Assembly: GCA_002633005.1 (NCBI GenBank)
Contig: NMRA01000067.1
Coordinates: forward strand, 558,010 to 622,009
Source: Phoronis australis
Lineage: Eukaryota > Animalia > Phoronida
Direction: 5' to 3'
Length of the DNA: 64,000 nt
The notes under the pieces were generated by a model. It had not been told where the DNA came from, made no database searches, and worked only from the letters and a program-made list of their open reading frames with translations. Made by a program: the position numbers and the translations under genes. Shown here one piece after another: positions 13,691 through 26,916 of this stretch; position 1 is the stretch's first letter; the number at the start of each line of letters is the position of its first letter.

Positions 13691-16600
13691 TTAATTAGTC
13701 AATAAAAGTCCAATGACAGCTGATATAATCGTTAAAAGTCCAACTGTTACATGGCTAGACCCATTTGTGTCGTCAAATCCTTTGTTTGATTTGCTATCTG
13801 AGTCGGAAGTCTTGTTCACTCCTGCCATCACCCACACGTCTCCATCAACGTTCGACATTTCCCCTTCAACGGGCGCTTCAACAAGCTTCTCTCCAGAGTT
13901 GCAGCGGAACCACCATTGTGCGGTGGACCGGGGATACCCATTGTCGACCTGAAAAAAACAACAGCTATATTAGCCTCGTTGATTTCTGATTTCCATATCC
14001 GCATTTAAAGATTTCTAGTTGTGATTTGGTTGGTCTAGATATAAAGTGCAGCCTGGAGCGCTATCATTAACACAGAAACAAAAAAAGTCTTGTGTGCCTA
14101 ATTGGTGTATCCTTTACGCTGGTGCTTGTTTTCGTGCTTGCTATGCAAAACATTTCATTTGAGAGTAAATATGATCGTTGAAATCACGTGGTGTCTTGAA
14201 ATTTCAAAATACCTTAAACGTCATGTCGTTGTAGCGATAATAGTTTGACCCACTGTAGAAGTAAGTTCTATCGTTCCTGGGCCACTGGAAAGCGGCGTCA
14301 ATGGTCGAAGGGAGGCCAGACCAAGCGCTGAGACGACGAGGATAGGTGCCGTCCATTTTTCTACCTTGATAACGCCAATATTGATTACCTGGAATTATGA
14401 AATCATTTAAAGGTGATAAGTGAGGTTACCGTCATACTATAAACACTAATGTGAAAGGCAGTTAATAGGTTTTTTCCTACAGGACATAAAAATTTATGTT
14501 GTTTGGAAAAACATCATGTCAATTGTCTTCCTGTTTATGTGCAAGTTGAGTGTATGAGAAATTGATTGACTGATTTTGTTAGGGCATATGTTCATGAATG
14601 ACAGAAATGACGAGATATGATTATAAATGAAAAGACAGATTAATTTGCAATTCATGAACACGAGAATAGCAAAATATGTACAATGAGGATAAGGCCAGAA
14701 ATGGGGACACTTATATACATGATGGTACCTTACAAGTATAATGCAAGACTTGAAGACAGACGAAACATACAAAACACTTATAATAAAGTCAAAATAGATT
14801 ATAAGTACAGATTGTGTTTCAACACTGAATTTATTGCAGTGACAAAAGAAAACCTACCCTTCACGAAGTAAGTCTTCCCGTTTCCGCTCCATTCAAAGAC
14901 AGCGTCAACGTCATTTGGCATGCCAGTCCAGTGAGAGATTGGCTTGGGGTATCCTCTGTCCATGATGCGGTTAGCACCGAAGCGCCAATACTTGTCTCCC
15001 TGTGGAAATAATGACAACATTGTGAAGGAAGGCCGTCGTACTGTTTGGTTTTAGAAATGGAACAACAACATTTCACGTTTTCACTCACGAGAAAACTAGT
15101 TTAAAACCTTGGTGTGAGAAATCCAAGAGCTCAACTGTTATATATGCACTTGGATAGCGCTAAATTGTGGTCCAAATTTACTTGAATTTTATCTTTTTTT
15201 CAAAATCTGTGGGGAGCACTTGTAACACCCACCCCACCTCATACCACTCCCCATGGATTTCATGTCTGGCGTAGGAAGCGTTGTTATGCCTGCTACTTTA
15301 CATTAGTTACGTGTGTCGTCTATTTACCTTGAAAAAATAAGTTCGTTTCCAGGTGGTATGTGTGAAGCCAGCATCGATGTTATTAGGAAGACCTTTCCAT
15401 CCCTCACTGATCAGCATAGGTTCGCTAAAGTAGAACTCTTTCTTTGGATCAAGGTAGTAGTAATACTTGCCTACAACGAAACAGAGTACAAGTGTGAGAC
15501 GATGACGGGTCTTGCTCACACTAGCGAATGTAAAATTAATGGAACGTATCAAAAGTCTATTAGGTAGTTTATTCTTTTCCGAATGACGTAAACTGAAATA
15601 GACCAGAACAGATGACCGAAGCCTGATTTTTGACGTTGAATGTTGTTTCTTACTTAAAGCCATATAAACCATAATCTGGTTTGAAAAAATCAACTTCTTT
15701 CACAGGAGCTATTCGCATTTCCAAAGCAACGCCGTAGCGTTCTTATCCTTTGGTCAATCGCTTGCAATTCCTGTGACGATCGGCCTTACTACTCAGGCCT
15801 CTGAAACTTCTCCGCATCAACAAACATTTAATGGGCCTCCTGGTCTGAAGCAAAAGCGAATTATCTGTTTTTTCAAGTCTCGTTTCTAATTTGAATGAAG
15901 AACAAGTCCCAAGTTGGTTTTTAACAGAAAGCGAGGGTTTATTGCTTTATTTCTCATTGTAAAACGCACCTCTGAAAGCGTATGTCATGCCGTCGATAGT
16001 GGACAAAATGGTATCCAATTTTCCGTCTTTGCAGGGGGTGTTATTGTCTGTTGGCTTCATTGTAGGTGGCTGAGTAGGAGGAGGAGGCGGGGTTTCTGGT
16101 GATTGAGTGGCAGGCTTGCGACCGTAAAGTCTTTGTATGCCAGCAATATCATCGGAGTGAAGCTTGAAGTCGGGTTGGTATCCGGCGTAGAACGGTGCCA
16201 TCAGAGCTTGTCTGACGTCAGAGTGAGACAGACCGAGTGAGTGGCCGAACTCGTGAGCTGCGACTTGGAACAGGTTCACGCCTAGAATTTTAGTGAAAGA
16301 ATTTTTTAAAAACTCCTTTTGTGTCATCAGTACTACTGCTTCAAAAGTTAGAGCAAATATCGTCACAATACATATTTTTCAAATGTCATTTCGAGACTTT
16401 ATCCTTTACCAGGACTAGGCAGGGTTGAATACACACTTTTAACGGCCCTATTTGCCGTTGGTTATAGGACATGTGTGAGCATTTCATCCATAAACGTACC
16501 TGATCTTGTTCTCAGAGTCCACTGTTCAGCTTCGTCAAAGTGGGCGTCACCTCCGAACTGTGGGAAGTAGGCGTGGGCCAACACTCGTGAAGGTCCGTCA

Positions 16601-18496
16601 AATGGATTTCCGTCTCCGTGGTTTCCAGCAGCGAATATGATCTCAATGTCCACGGATCCTGTCGGCTTGACTGTAAAGGTTAGCGGTGTATAGTCGCTCC
16701 ATACCTGAAATATTGCAAAGATCTGGCTAGTGTTTTTTGATAACCAAGGTAACCTCTACTCATGTCACATCAAGTCAGTCGGATGAATATGTCAACTATT
16801 AACTCTTGATACCCATGTCATAGCGGCTTGTGCGCACTCGTATCCATTTTTATTTGAAAAATACCAATTTTATCTCTCTACCTTTGGGGAGAAAACGTAT
16901 GCCATCACCGCCAGTTAGCAAACATTTTTTTCTTAAAAATACTCTTTGAAGACAACCAAAACGCACCCAATATTGGCCTTACCTTAAATGCTCTTCTTAT
17001 TTCGCTGTCAACTTCAGACTTGCTCATGTCAGGCGTGTATGTTGTTATGCGATAAGTGAGATCATTTTTTGGCCATTTGCTGCCTGTAAGCATAGAAGTT
17101 AGGACTATTAAACCAGTGAAATTTCCGTCTGGCCTACAAAGGTATTCGCATCTATGGTTGTTAAAAACAAGTTCACACAATGACGTCTTTGGTGTAATTT
17201 TATCAATTTTTTAATAATCACGTGACCTATTTAAAAAAAAAGAATATGGCGTCACCTTGAAGAGCGTAACGTTTGGCACGATTTCCGTTTCCTATTACGT
17301 CAGCCATTCCACAACGAGGCATGTTCATCATTTCCATGGTTTTAGCGTCAACAGCACCTGAAAATAATTATAACAAAAATATCTTCAAATGCGTTAAAGG
17401 CAATAGTTTGAGTGTTTTGAAATCATCCCCAACAACCATTCTGTTTCAAGGTATTGGAAAATTTATTAAAATATTTAAATTTTAGTTTTACATACCAGTT
17501 TCTTGAATGCCAGCCATCCGTTGGAAAGCTTTGACCGCCTCTTCCACTTGCTGGGCTGACCGTAGCGCCCCTGTTCGGGGGTTTTGTTGAGGCAGGTAAT
17601 TGAATTTCACTAAATAATCCTGTGAACCAACAAAAACTATGTTTAGAGGAGAAAAGTTGGTGACAAATTTTAAAAAATGATTTATTTATGGATACCAGGA
17701 GTACAATTTGGTAATGACGCAGGTAAAATACGTCATTTTATGGGATTGTTTCCCATACCCACTTGAACGTTGTACTCAATTTTGATCAGTTAAATTAACA
17801 GGCATGTCTTTTGAAGTCTAAAATCGACAGGATATAGGAAAGTCGGTTACAGAATATTCAAGGATGCAATCTCTGTGTGAATGAAGACCACGGGAAATGG
17901 GTCAATGAATTTCGACAACGGAAGTGCGGTTCCTATACTTCCTCACCGTAAACGACATGTTGCGAGGTGCTACTTCATTTGATAAAGATGATTCGTGTGA
18001 AATCCATAAAATAGCACTCTTGTTCTGGACCACTGGCAGGCAAGGGCGGTTACATAGGTCCGTAACGTTTGCCTGTTTTACTTTCAGGGTTTAAATCGAC
18101 AAAGTTATCTTTTTACGCTTATTGCTTAATTTCGTTTTTGACGCACATTTACAATTTCATTGTTGTCCGTTAGACACACTAAATTTACTTATGCAAAAAT
18201 CATAAAAAAATTAAATACTTGTGTTCATATAATACGTTCAGAATGCAGTTTCTGCATTTGGTATTATTTCAAACACTAGTGTTTACGAAGACAAAAATAA
18301 TACAGTCGTTTGTGAACAAATTCGTTGACGCAAAAGAAAGAAAAATTACAAACACAATTCACACTGCAAAAAGAATCATCAGTATGCTTACCATGGCGTC
18401 TGCCGTCATTTCAACGTTCCCGCCTTGAATACAGACTATCATCGTTGCAAAAATGCATAGCGCAAGTCGTAAGCACGTCATTCTTCTTCTTGCCAT
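13691..18496 (-). CDS. matrix metalloproteinase (matrixin M10A) with hemopexin domain and probable GPI-anchor signal
   Basis: Ten frame-consistent exons: 18496-18392, 17619-17496, 17357-17256, 17083-16983, 16704-16500, 16281-15970, 15470-15328, 14999-14858, 14388-14213, 13948-13691. Signal peptide, cysteine switch PRCGMAD, furin site [26 protein letters not shown], zinc motif [11 protein letters not shown], Met-turn ALMAP, Pro/Thr hinge, hemopexin repeats bounded by Cys, hydrophobic C-terminus [17 protein letters not shown]. Confidence 0.95.
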
Positions 18497-18567
18497 GTTT
18501 CTCTTCTTGGTTTGGTGCATGAATGCGAATGTTTTATCGAATGAAACTCCACTCAGCAATTCCCGGC

Positions 18568-18898
18568 TTTATACCGCTCGTGAGGGCTGACACGATGACG
18601 CATCAATGACGGCTTTCATTGAAACCCACAAATCATGTGCTCACACAATGTCCCGTATGTCCTTATAAGGAGTCAGGCACCTAATAAGGAAGTCGACCCG
18701 TGACGTCAAATGAACACTAGCCATTGAATTGCCGAGGAGCTTCAGTTGACCCTAACAATAAACATGCTATTTGTCGTCGTTGATTCAGCGAACCTACGCT
18801 AAGCCAGGTTCCGTAACAGAACGCTTAAATTAATAAGGATTTTCAGCTCAAAACGAAATAATTTTATCGGACAAAGACAGTAGGTCCTATTGACGTCA
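18568..18898 (-). promoter_or_regulatory. MMP proximal promoter: TATA, two CArG boxes, Ets site, two CREs
   Basis: TATAAA on minus strand 18568-18573; CCTTATAAGG 18661-18670; CCTAATAAGG 18680-18689; AGGAAGT 18687-18693; TGACGTCA 18701-18708 and 18891-18898. Confidence 0.65.
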
Positions 18899-21342
18899 TA
18901 ACTTTTACGTCCGCTGCTGGTTGGTCAGAAAAGTTTTCATCAAGCTATTGTAAAATGCGTCACCCAAAGAATAGCGTGGTTGAATACCGGGGGGTATTCG
19001 TATTCATTTTATACACGAGGATGTGTTGTTAGCTGCAGCGGAAAATTACGTTAGTTGTAAGTTTGGTTGATTAAAATTTCAAAAAATAATATAGCATCAG
19101 TTAAAAAAGCAAAATTATACAGTCACTCTCAGTGCGTATTTACAGATATTACGCTCATGTGATAAAAACGGTCACTATGTTTTGGCCAATACTTTAATTT
19201 CCATTTGAAAAATCCGACTGTCTTGCTGACTTAACCAGAAAACGGGTCAATTTGCATAGTCTATGCACATCAGATATTTTTGGAAATTTCTTATACTTTC
19301 GGCAGTATCATGACTATGCAAACAACGTTTTTAGTCACTAGTTAGGGGTTACGTCCAGTGCATGGTGTAGTAGCTGGACATAAACACTAAGAACGAAAGA
19401 CGTAGATACTGTTTGATTATAAAATGCTATTTTCGTTGAAACGAAGCTTAATGTAAAATTTTCTTAAGTTTAGAACACGCTATTGTGGAAAATAGTGATG
19501 GAACGTCGATCCCAATCCCCCGCCACCCCGTGGCTACGTCATTGTTTAGTTGGTGAACTGAATCGGTGCTTGCGTAACGCACGCGTAATGTCGGGCCACT
19601 TAAATGAAAGCCACTGAGGTGAACTCGGTAAGTCATGGTATTTACCGGCACATTCATGGAATTTGGGACTCGATGATTTCAATCGTAGCTGGGAAGTTCG
19701 AAAATAAATATTTGTGAAAGGAACATACCAGTAAATGATAGCTCCAGACTTGTATACGTTACGTTGTAGCCATCAGTGATTGCGCAATTACGATGATTAC
19801 AAAACATCACGTGTTTCGGAAAACACTCGTAAAATCTGTTTAAGAAAAAGAGACTAGTTATTCCTTTATTCTATTCATAATGTTCCTGTGTAAATTTATT
19901 TCTCATCACGTCGTTTAAAAATCTAATGGTCGAATTCTATAGAAAATGCGAATTTTACCACACATCAACTCCAATTTGTACTTTCTCAAGACCGATATCT
20001 CTATCGATTTTGGCTTATTATGCCTAAATGGGTTGACAGTGTTTAATTTCTATAACAGTATTGTTGTTAGGAGAACCTGTGTAATAATTTGTTTCAGCAA
20101 TGAGGTGAACTTGAATTCAATCAAAATAATATTGAACTTAACAACTCTTACATTTAAAGTGATTTTTCAGTCTCGGGTACAGACCTCTTGGTTTTCTGTG
20201 TTCGTTATTTTTCCGTTAACTACACTAGATGCTTTTAAATGTTAGGTTTATGACCTTTCCGAGAAAAATGAACTTATGTCGCACATTCAACAGATAGTTT
20301 GTATTTCTGCACCCATTTCCACAACAGCGAATATGACGTGTTGGCAGCTGTTAGTCAGGAAAAGTGTGATCAATGTAGCGGATGTCAACCATCCGTATCC
20401 GTTTTCGGGCCGCATGACACGTCACAGAGAGCAGTAGGAAGTGGGGTCCTGGGTGCGATTCAGGACGCGGGGTCTTTTTTGCTGAAATAACGGCGAACCG
20501 GTGGCGACGGTGGAGGTCGAATTTGACAAAGTACAATTTGTTTCCATGATCGCAAATTATTTTCATTCTACACGCCGGACCTGCTAATACTGCAGGGTAC
20601 GCCTATTACCTCGAAAGCGTCGGACCAGGAGTGAAATGAGAGGCTACCGACAGTGGAGTACGCCGTGTTGTGGCGGAGAGTTTGTAAGCCAGTGGGCCGG
20701 TGAGGAGGGGCTCTACTATACTGATTTACACCTAGGTGCGGCTGGAAATTTAGGATAACCATCCATTTAGAGAACGGAACCAAAAAAAGTACTGGTTCCA
20801 TTTTGTAAGGATTTTTCATGAAAGGAGTATCATTAAATCTTGCCCAAGAAAACCACCTTTTATTAGTGGTAAACCTGAAACTCTTCTTTTGGAGATTTCC
20901 GTAATCCAATTAGCCGGAAATAATACAAAACAGATGAGAAAAGAGAGATGCCATGCTATCAATATTATTCACATTTTTGCAAAGAAAGTTTTGAAACGAA
21001 ACTTAGTGACACCCGACAAGTTGGCCATTTATGTCGATTTTTAATATTCATCCGAAAAAAATTTCAGCCATCTCATTAGTTGGTCAACCATGTGACGTAA
21101 CAACCTTGGCAAATAAGCCGATATTTTGCTATTCACCAGACAGACTTTGTATATTAAGTCAGTCCATTGTTACATTTTATTTTCAACAAATTTTCAAGTT
21201 CACTAGCAACATGTATTTTTCTATGTTGGCTCAAAATAAGAACGACAAGATCCCCCTGGTCGTCTCTTTTCTCAGGAAATCACGTGGTTTATGGCGAGTA
21301 GCGGAGTCGGCCATATTGGTTGGGGCTGAAAGCGAGTCGAAC

Positions 21343-24300
21343 ATGCCTGTATATTGTGCTGCATTTAACTGTAATAATGGTAGGACAGAAGAATCAAAAC
21401 GACTACGCATCACGTTCCATAGGTAACTATGTCACGGTAATTACCGGTGATCGCTTGTGTGTTCCTGTAGCGATTGAATATTTACAAAATTGATTTATCA
21501 TAATTAATGACATAATTAGGTTAGGCAATGACCATCGCCTCTGTTGGCCCGGCGAACCAGAGGCGATGCAGCTCCTATAGTAGGCAATGACCATCGCCTC
21601 TGTTGGCCCGGGCCAACAGAGGCGATGGTCATTGCCTACTCCTATAGGCGCTCTCTACGCCGGAAGCTTTTCGGCGAATTATGCCTCGCACCGACTAAAG
21701 TTCACTAAACCATCAAAGTCACGTTGTTGTCGTTGTTATAAATACCTTTTGCGCATAGAGGAACACCTTAGGAGGTTGTCGATGTGTTTAATTCCTTCCA
21801 ACTCGAACAAATACTCCCGTTATTAAACTTTTTCTTCGAGCAGTCCCTATTTCAGTTCCCAAAATCGTGAACTCAACACTCAACATTTTTATACTGCGCA
21901 CGCTCCAATTTTTACCGCGCTCGCTAGGTGATGTGACTTCATGACCTCAATCTTTAAATAGGCTAAAGGTGAGCCATTGCGGTCTTGTCAGTCAAATGTT
22001 CGTTTCCAAAATGCCACCACTTATACTTGTCTTTAATTGGCGTTACTTGAAACTGATTGTATTTCAATGAATTATTGTTTGTATTTGATAAAAATAAATG
22101 CTGTTGATATGACATTTAATAGTCTTTGTGCACATATTTGACATTTTAATGTTTAACAACACGGCAAATGCACGGCTGGTTCCCGGCAGCACTTACGCAA
22201 AGGGCGGGAACTTCAGCTTTCAAAGTTCGCCGGTAGGACCGCAACTTCTGACCTTCGGCCTGGTTAAAAGAATCTTGAAATGACTTGAAATCTTGCCCAA
22301 ACTGACCGCCACACACCTAATGATAATCCTGATGAGAAAATGTCACAGCTACAAACAAATCGCTTGTAAAAAATGAGTATGGAATACACAAGTTACACAG
22401 CTACTATTGGTGTTTGTGGATCGAGTGGGATAACATTAATTTATTATCAGATTTCAAACATTACCCCTTGTTTATAACATAATCATTTCATTTTTATCCC
22501 CTTTCCTTCTTAACATTCGCTCAGTGACCAACATTGAGTACTGCCTGGTTATCTGACAATGTAAAACAATGTTGAATACAGTCGAGGACCAGACAAAGAC
22601 CTTGGCATTAGTTTAAAAATGCCAATTTGAAAGCACCATTGTGCACTGATGAAATTGGTGGAGAAACGGGTTTTTATTCGTTTTGTTGTGTTCACGTTTC
22701 CAAAAGAGGTCATGCAACAGTGTGAATTATGTTGCATAAAATGTTCAATAGTGAACAGGTACACCAGTTTAGTTATCTCAGTAGTCGTCTGCATGGAATG
22801 TATGAATAAATCATCTGCAATGCGAGCTGACGCCAGTCCAACAGATTTACGTAATGCAAGAATAGAATATAAACGATATTACTAAAGTTTCACTATACAT
22901 GTGAGTTAATCAGGTCTAAACAAGTTCAAATATTTTTGTTCAGTGTACATGCTTAGAGCCGGAGAATTCATTTTTAACGAAAAGTATGAAGCCCTGTCCT
23001 GTCGTGTCCTCCGTACAATTAACTTGGTGATTAAAATATGTTGGAATGATACAAAACTCTTCATGCACTGCAGTCACACAATGAAACTTAATTGCGGCAT
23101 TACACTTCGCATCTGCTGATAGGTACTAATACATAAATATGTGTACGGACTGCAGTGTTCTCCCTGCATTTATTCAGACGTGGTGCTGCACCCTGTTGGA
23201 AATCGTTTGCACCATGTTTGGAAATATTGTGCCATGTATAAAATCTTAAGCCATGTTTGAAAAACTAGAGTTTCAAGGCAAACGATTGGAGTAGTGTTGC
23301 ATTGTGGTATGTATTTTTATTGTTTTGCAGTGAAAATGATAGTGACATGTGGAACAAGTGAAAATAATGTATAACTAATTGTTGTTTTTCTGAATTATCT
23401 GAAAAGAAATTGGGGTACGGGATACAAGAACATGATAAGGAATTTGCACCATGGTTGAATTTTTGCTCAGGAAGAACTCTTGAACTTGTTTTTAGGTTGT
23501 GGCATTTCTGAATTTTATTGATATTTTTTGCGGCAGGTTTCCTAAGGATAAATCTCTGCGCAAGCAATGGGCGAAGGCTGTTCGGCGAAGCAAGCCTGAT
23601 GGCAGTTTGTGGGAGCCAAGCTATTTGAGTTTTCTGTGCTCCCAGCACTTTTGTGAATCAGACATCGATCGCACTGGGTGTACTGTAAGGATTCGGGCTA
23701 ACGCTGTCCCAAAACTGTTTGATTTTTCTTCACATACAAGGGTAAGTGTTCGAAGTTTTCTACAAATAGAATGTGGTATCTGTTACACTTCCATCCTATT
23801 TCGTACTAATGCTATTGCTTGTTCCTGATTAGTTATGTGGTGTTGAGGCTCAGTTGTCATGGTTATGTTGTACTGAAAATTTGACTGGACGCAAGCTAGC
23901 TCCTGTTTTCTTTCTTGAATATTGCAGACCAGAAAGACGTTGACAGAAATTACTGAAGAAGCTGTCACTGAAATCTCATCTTGCACTGTTCCAGCAACAG
24001 ATAACAGAAAAGACAGCAGTGTACATGTGTCACCAGTATGTATCACATTTTACTCCTTTCTGAAAGTTAGCTATTTGTTATGAACGGAGTGTATTATTAA
24101 AACCTTACAATGTAAGAAATTCCTTTTTAAATTGATTGATAACATACAACATTATAAGTGATTATAGGTCATGCACACATGGATGTATGACTGTTTAAAT
24201 GAATGAGAATTACCACTAAGGGAGCTGATGGTAGACTCAATTTCATGTATTTTATTCCAGCCGAGAAGAGAAAGGTCATTAAATGAGCGAGTGTGTTCGA

Positions 24301-26181
24301 CTTACTTTAAATTAGTTTTCACACGCATAGTGTGTGATTGGAATAGATGTGAGGACTTTTCGTTCACATTTGGTTGTGCCACGGAGTTCACGAGTGACCT
24401 CATGGGGCAGGGAGGGTGCACCTTATTTGCTCCCTCCCTCCTGTCGCTTTTGTTAGGACCTCAACAACGTGATCTATAGTTACAAACTGCTGAGAGGCGA
24501 GACCATGAATTAGAAAAACGTAACGCCGTAATGTTTATCTCAAGCTACTTTCAGTTATTTGGCACAAAAATTGACAAAATTGTCATTTTCAAAGACTGGT
24601 CACGCTACCATAAATAATACCATAAATAATGGAAAATGTACCAAAAGTTGGTCTATGACATCATCACAGTACAAACCCTGCCAGTGTTAAGACTAAATCT
24701 TCTTAACCTTTATTTTTGTGAAAACAATGACAAAATAAGATTTCACTTGTCAGCCATGTGTGCTAATTAAATAAGAACTATTCATAGAACGGCCAAGAGA
24801 TTGAACATATGGTGTATGTGTGTGTTGTGTCCAATTGTTTTATTTTGCTCCAAAGTGGTATTGTAAACAACAATGACTAGTTGTAAATAATCTTGACCCG
24901 ACATTTGTACAATAGCATATTGCTTTGACTTACATATATGTGAACTCCAGTGTTCTCTGAACATGTATTCAAATACAGTGCTGCACCCTGTTGGAAATCA
25001 ATGTGAATGTGTGTCCGAAGTTTGCTACAGTGTTGTATCTGTTGCACTTTCATCTTATTTTGTATTAATGGTATAGCTTACACTCATTTCAAAACACATT
25101 GTTCCTGCTCAGTTGTCATGGGGATGTTGTACTTTAAATTTGACTGTGCATAAGCTAGCTCCTGTTTTCTTTTTTGAATGTCGCAGACCAAAGAGTCAGG
25201 TTCTAAGTTGACACGAAATAGTCCAAAAGTTGCCGCTGACATCTCATCTTGCACTGATCCAGCGACATGCAATAGAAAAGCCAGCACTGTGCATGTATCA
25301 CTAGTATGTATCACATTTAACTCCTTTCTAAAGGCTATGTCATTTCTTATGAATGGAGTGTATTAATCAAAACCTCTGGACATTTGTTATTCATCTAACA
25401 ACATAGATGTGAGGGCTTTTTATGTGAGGACTTTTTGTTCTCAATTGATAGTGTTACGCAGTTCATGAGTGATTCCATGGGGCATGAATGGTTCACCTTA
25501 TTTGCTTCCTCTGTCCTGTTGCTTTTGTGCCTGCTTAGGACCTGGATGACGTAATCTACAGTTACTAAACTGCTGCAAAAATGAAGAGGCGAGACCATGA
25601 AATAGAAAAATTGTTGCGCCGTTTATCTCAAGCTAAAAGTATAACCATTAGTTTTCAGTGATTTCGCACTAAAAGAATTGCTGAAATTGTCTATCTCCAT
25701 TTTTCAAAGACTGGTTACTTTAAAATAATGGAAACTCTACCCTGCTTGTGTTCAGAATAAAATTTTCTTAACCTACATTTATGCTGGAACAATGGGATTT
25801 CACTTATAGGCCGTGTTATGTCCTAAATAAGTGAAGAATTACCTCAGTACAGCCAAGAACTGTCCTTGGTTGAACATCTGGTGTATGTGTGCTATCTTCA
25901 GGTAGTTTAATTTGCTCCAAAGAGGTATTGTAAACAACAGCATATGATGACTGGCTGCCTCTCTGTCTTCTAGGATCACTGCTACCAGCTGCCTGCAGCA
26001 ACAGAGCTAAAGAGACGACTAGACGTGGCCCATGAGAGGCGAGAAGTGCTTCAGTTGGAGGTCAAGAATGCACGGGTTCGAGAGAAACGAGCTAAACACA
26101 GCCTGATGACTATCTTAAATGATCTGAAGAAGCAGCGGCTTGTTAATGAAGAACTGGTTGACAAGCTGAAGACATACTCGG
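21343..26181 (+). CDS. THAP zinc-finger protein, N-terminal half of a P-element/THAP9-like transposase
   Basis: Open GT-AG exons 21343-21422 (MPVYCAAFNC...FHR), 23537-23741 (FPKDKSLRKQW...LCSQHF...AVPKLF), 23928-24035, 25187-25303, 25974-26181 (DHCY motif then coiled coil). C2CH ligands, invariant W and AVP box present. Confidence 0.85.
21579..21640. repeat. 62-bp perfect spacerless palindrome
   Basis: AGTAGGCAATGACCATCGCCTCTGTTGGCCC|GGGCCAACAGAGGCGATGGTCATTGCCTACT; centre between 21609 and 21610; imperfect copy at about 21522-21568. Confidence 0.95.
23745..25950 (+). repeat. internal tandem duplication of an exon plus flanking introns (about 23745-24870 vs about 25010-25950)
   Basis: Collinear similar blocks, e.g. 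GCTCAGTTGTCATGG..TTTGACTG..AAGCTAGCTCCTGTTTTCTTT, ATCTCATCTTGCACTG, GAGGCGAGACCATGAA, TTTGCTCCAAAG.GGTATTGTAAACAACA in both units. Confidence 0.85.
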
Positions 26182-26916
26182 GTTGGTACTGCGTTGTGGG
26201 ATTTTGTACTGCTGTGACATGTTTTAAATTTTATCTTAATTTGATTAGAGATCTTGGAATATGACATTGATATCAAAGAGCTGTTCTCCACGTGTCCCGG
26301 TAACCAGTTGACCAATAATAATAATGGTGTTTAAATGTTTTATAGATGTGTGAGAGTGCTTGGCATCCTGGTCAATATGCAAAGCATGAGAAGATGGTCA
26401 CCGAGATTCAGGGTGAAGGAAATTACTTCCTGACGCTCAAGATGTCTCAAGATCACTTTGAGCTACGCTTCAGCGCTGCGCGTAGAGCAGGTAACTGTGT
26501 TTAACAATCCCAGTTTTCTAACACATTAATTATGCTACCTCAATTATGCTACCATTCACAGTTGTGTTGTCTTTTCAGGGGTTTGGAACAACATTCCTAT
26601 ATGCCAACAGTTTATTGGTATTTTTCATCGGCTGATTGTCCAAAGCGTTATTGCTGGTCAGCAAGGCAATGTCATTGCCATGGACAATACTTGCTACCTT
26701 AAAGCTGTATGAGTTGCCAGAATCCATCAAGATGAGCTGTCAGTCACTCCGTCTGAGTGTCGTGGAGAATATTGTGACATACATTGGAGGTTTTGTTTTT
26801 TGCTATTAAAGTTGTTGCAGTCAGGTCGTGCAATGTTTGCCAGGAAAGTCTGGTCTGTCAAAACCCCCAGTCAAGTGAAGAGTTTTGTCACTTGCTAAAG
26901 TTGAGCAACAACTTAA

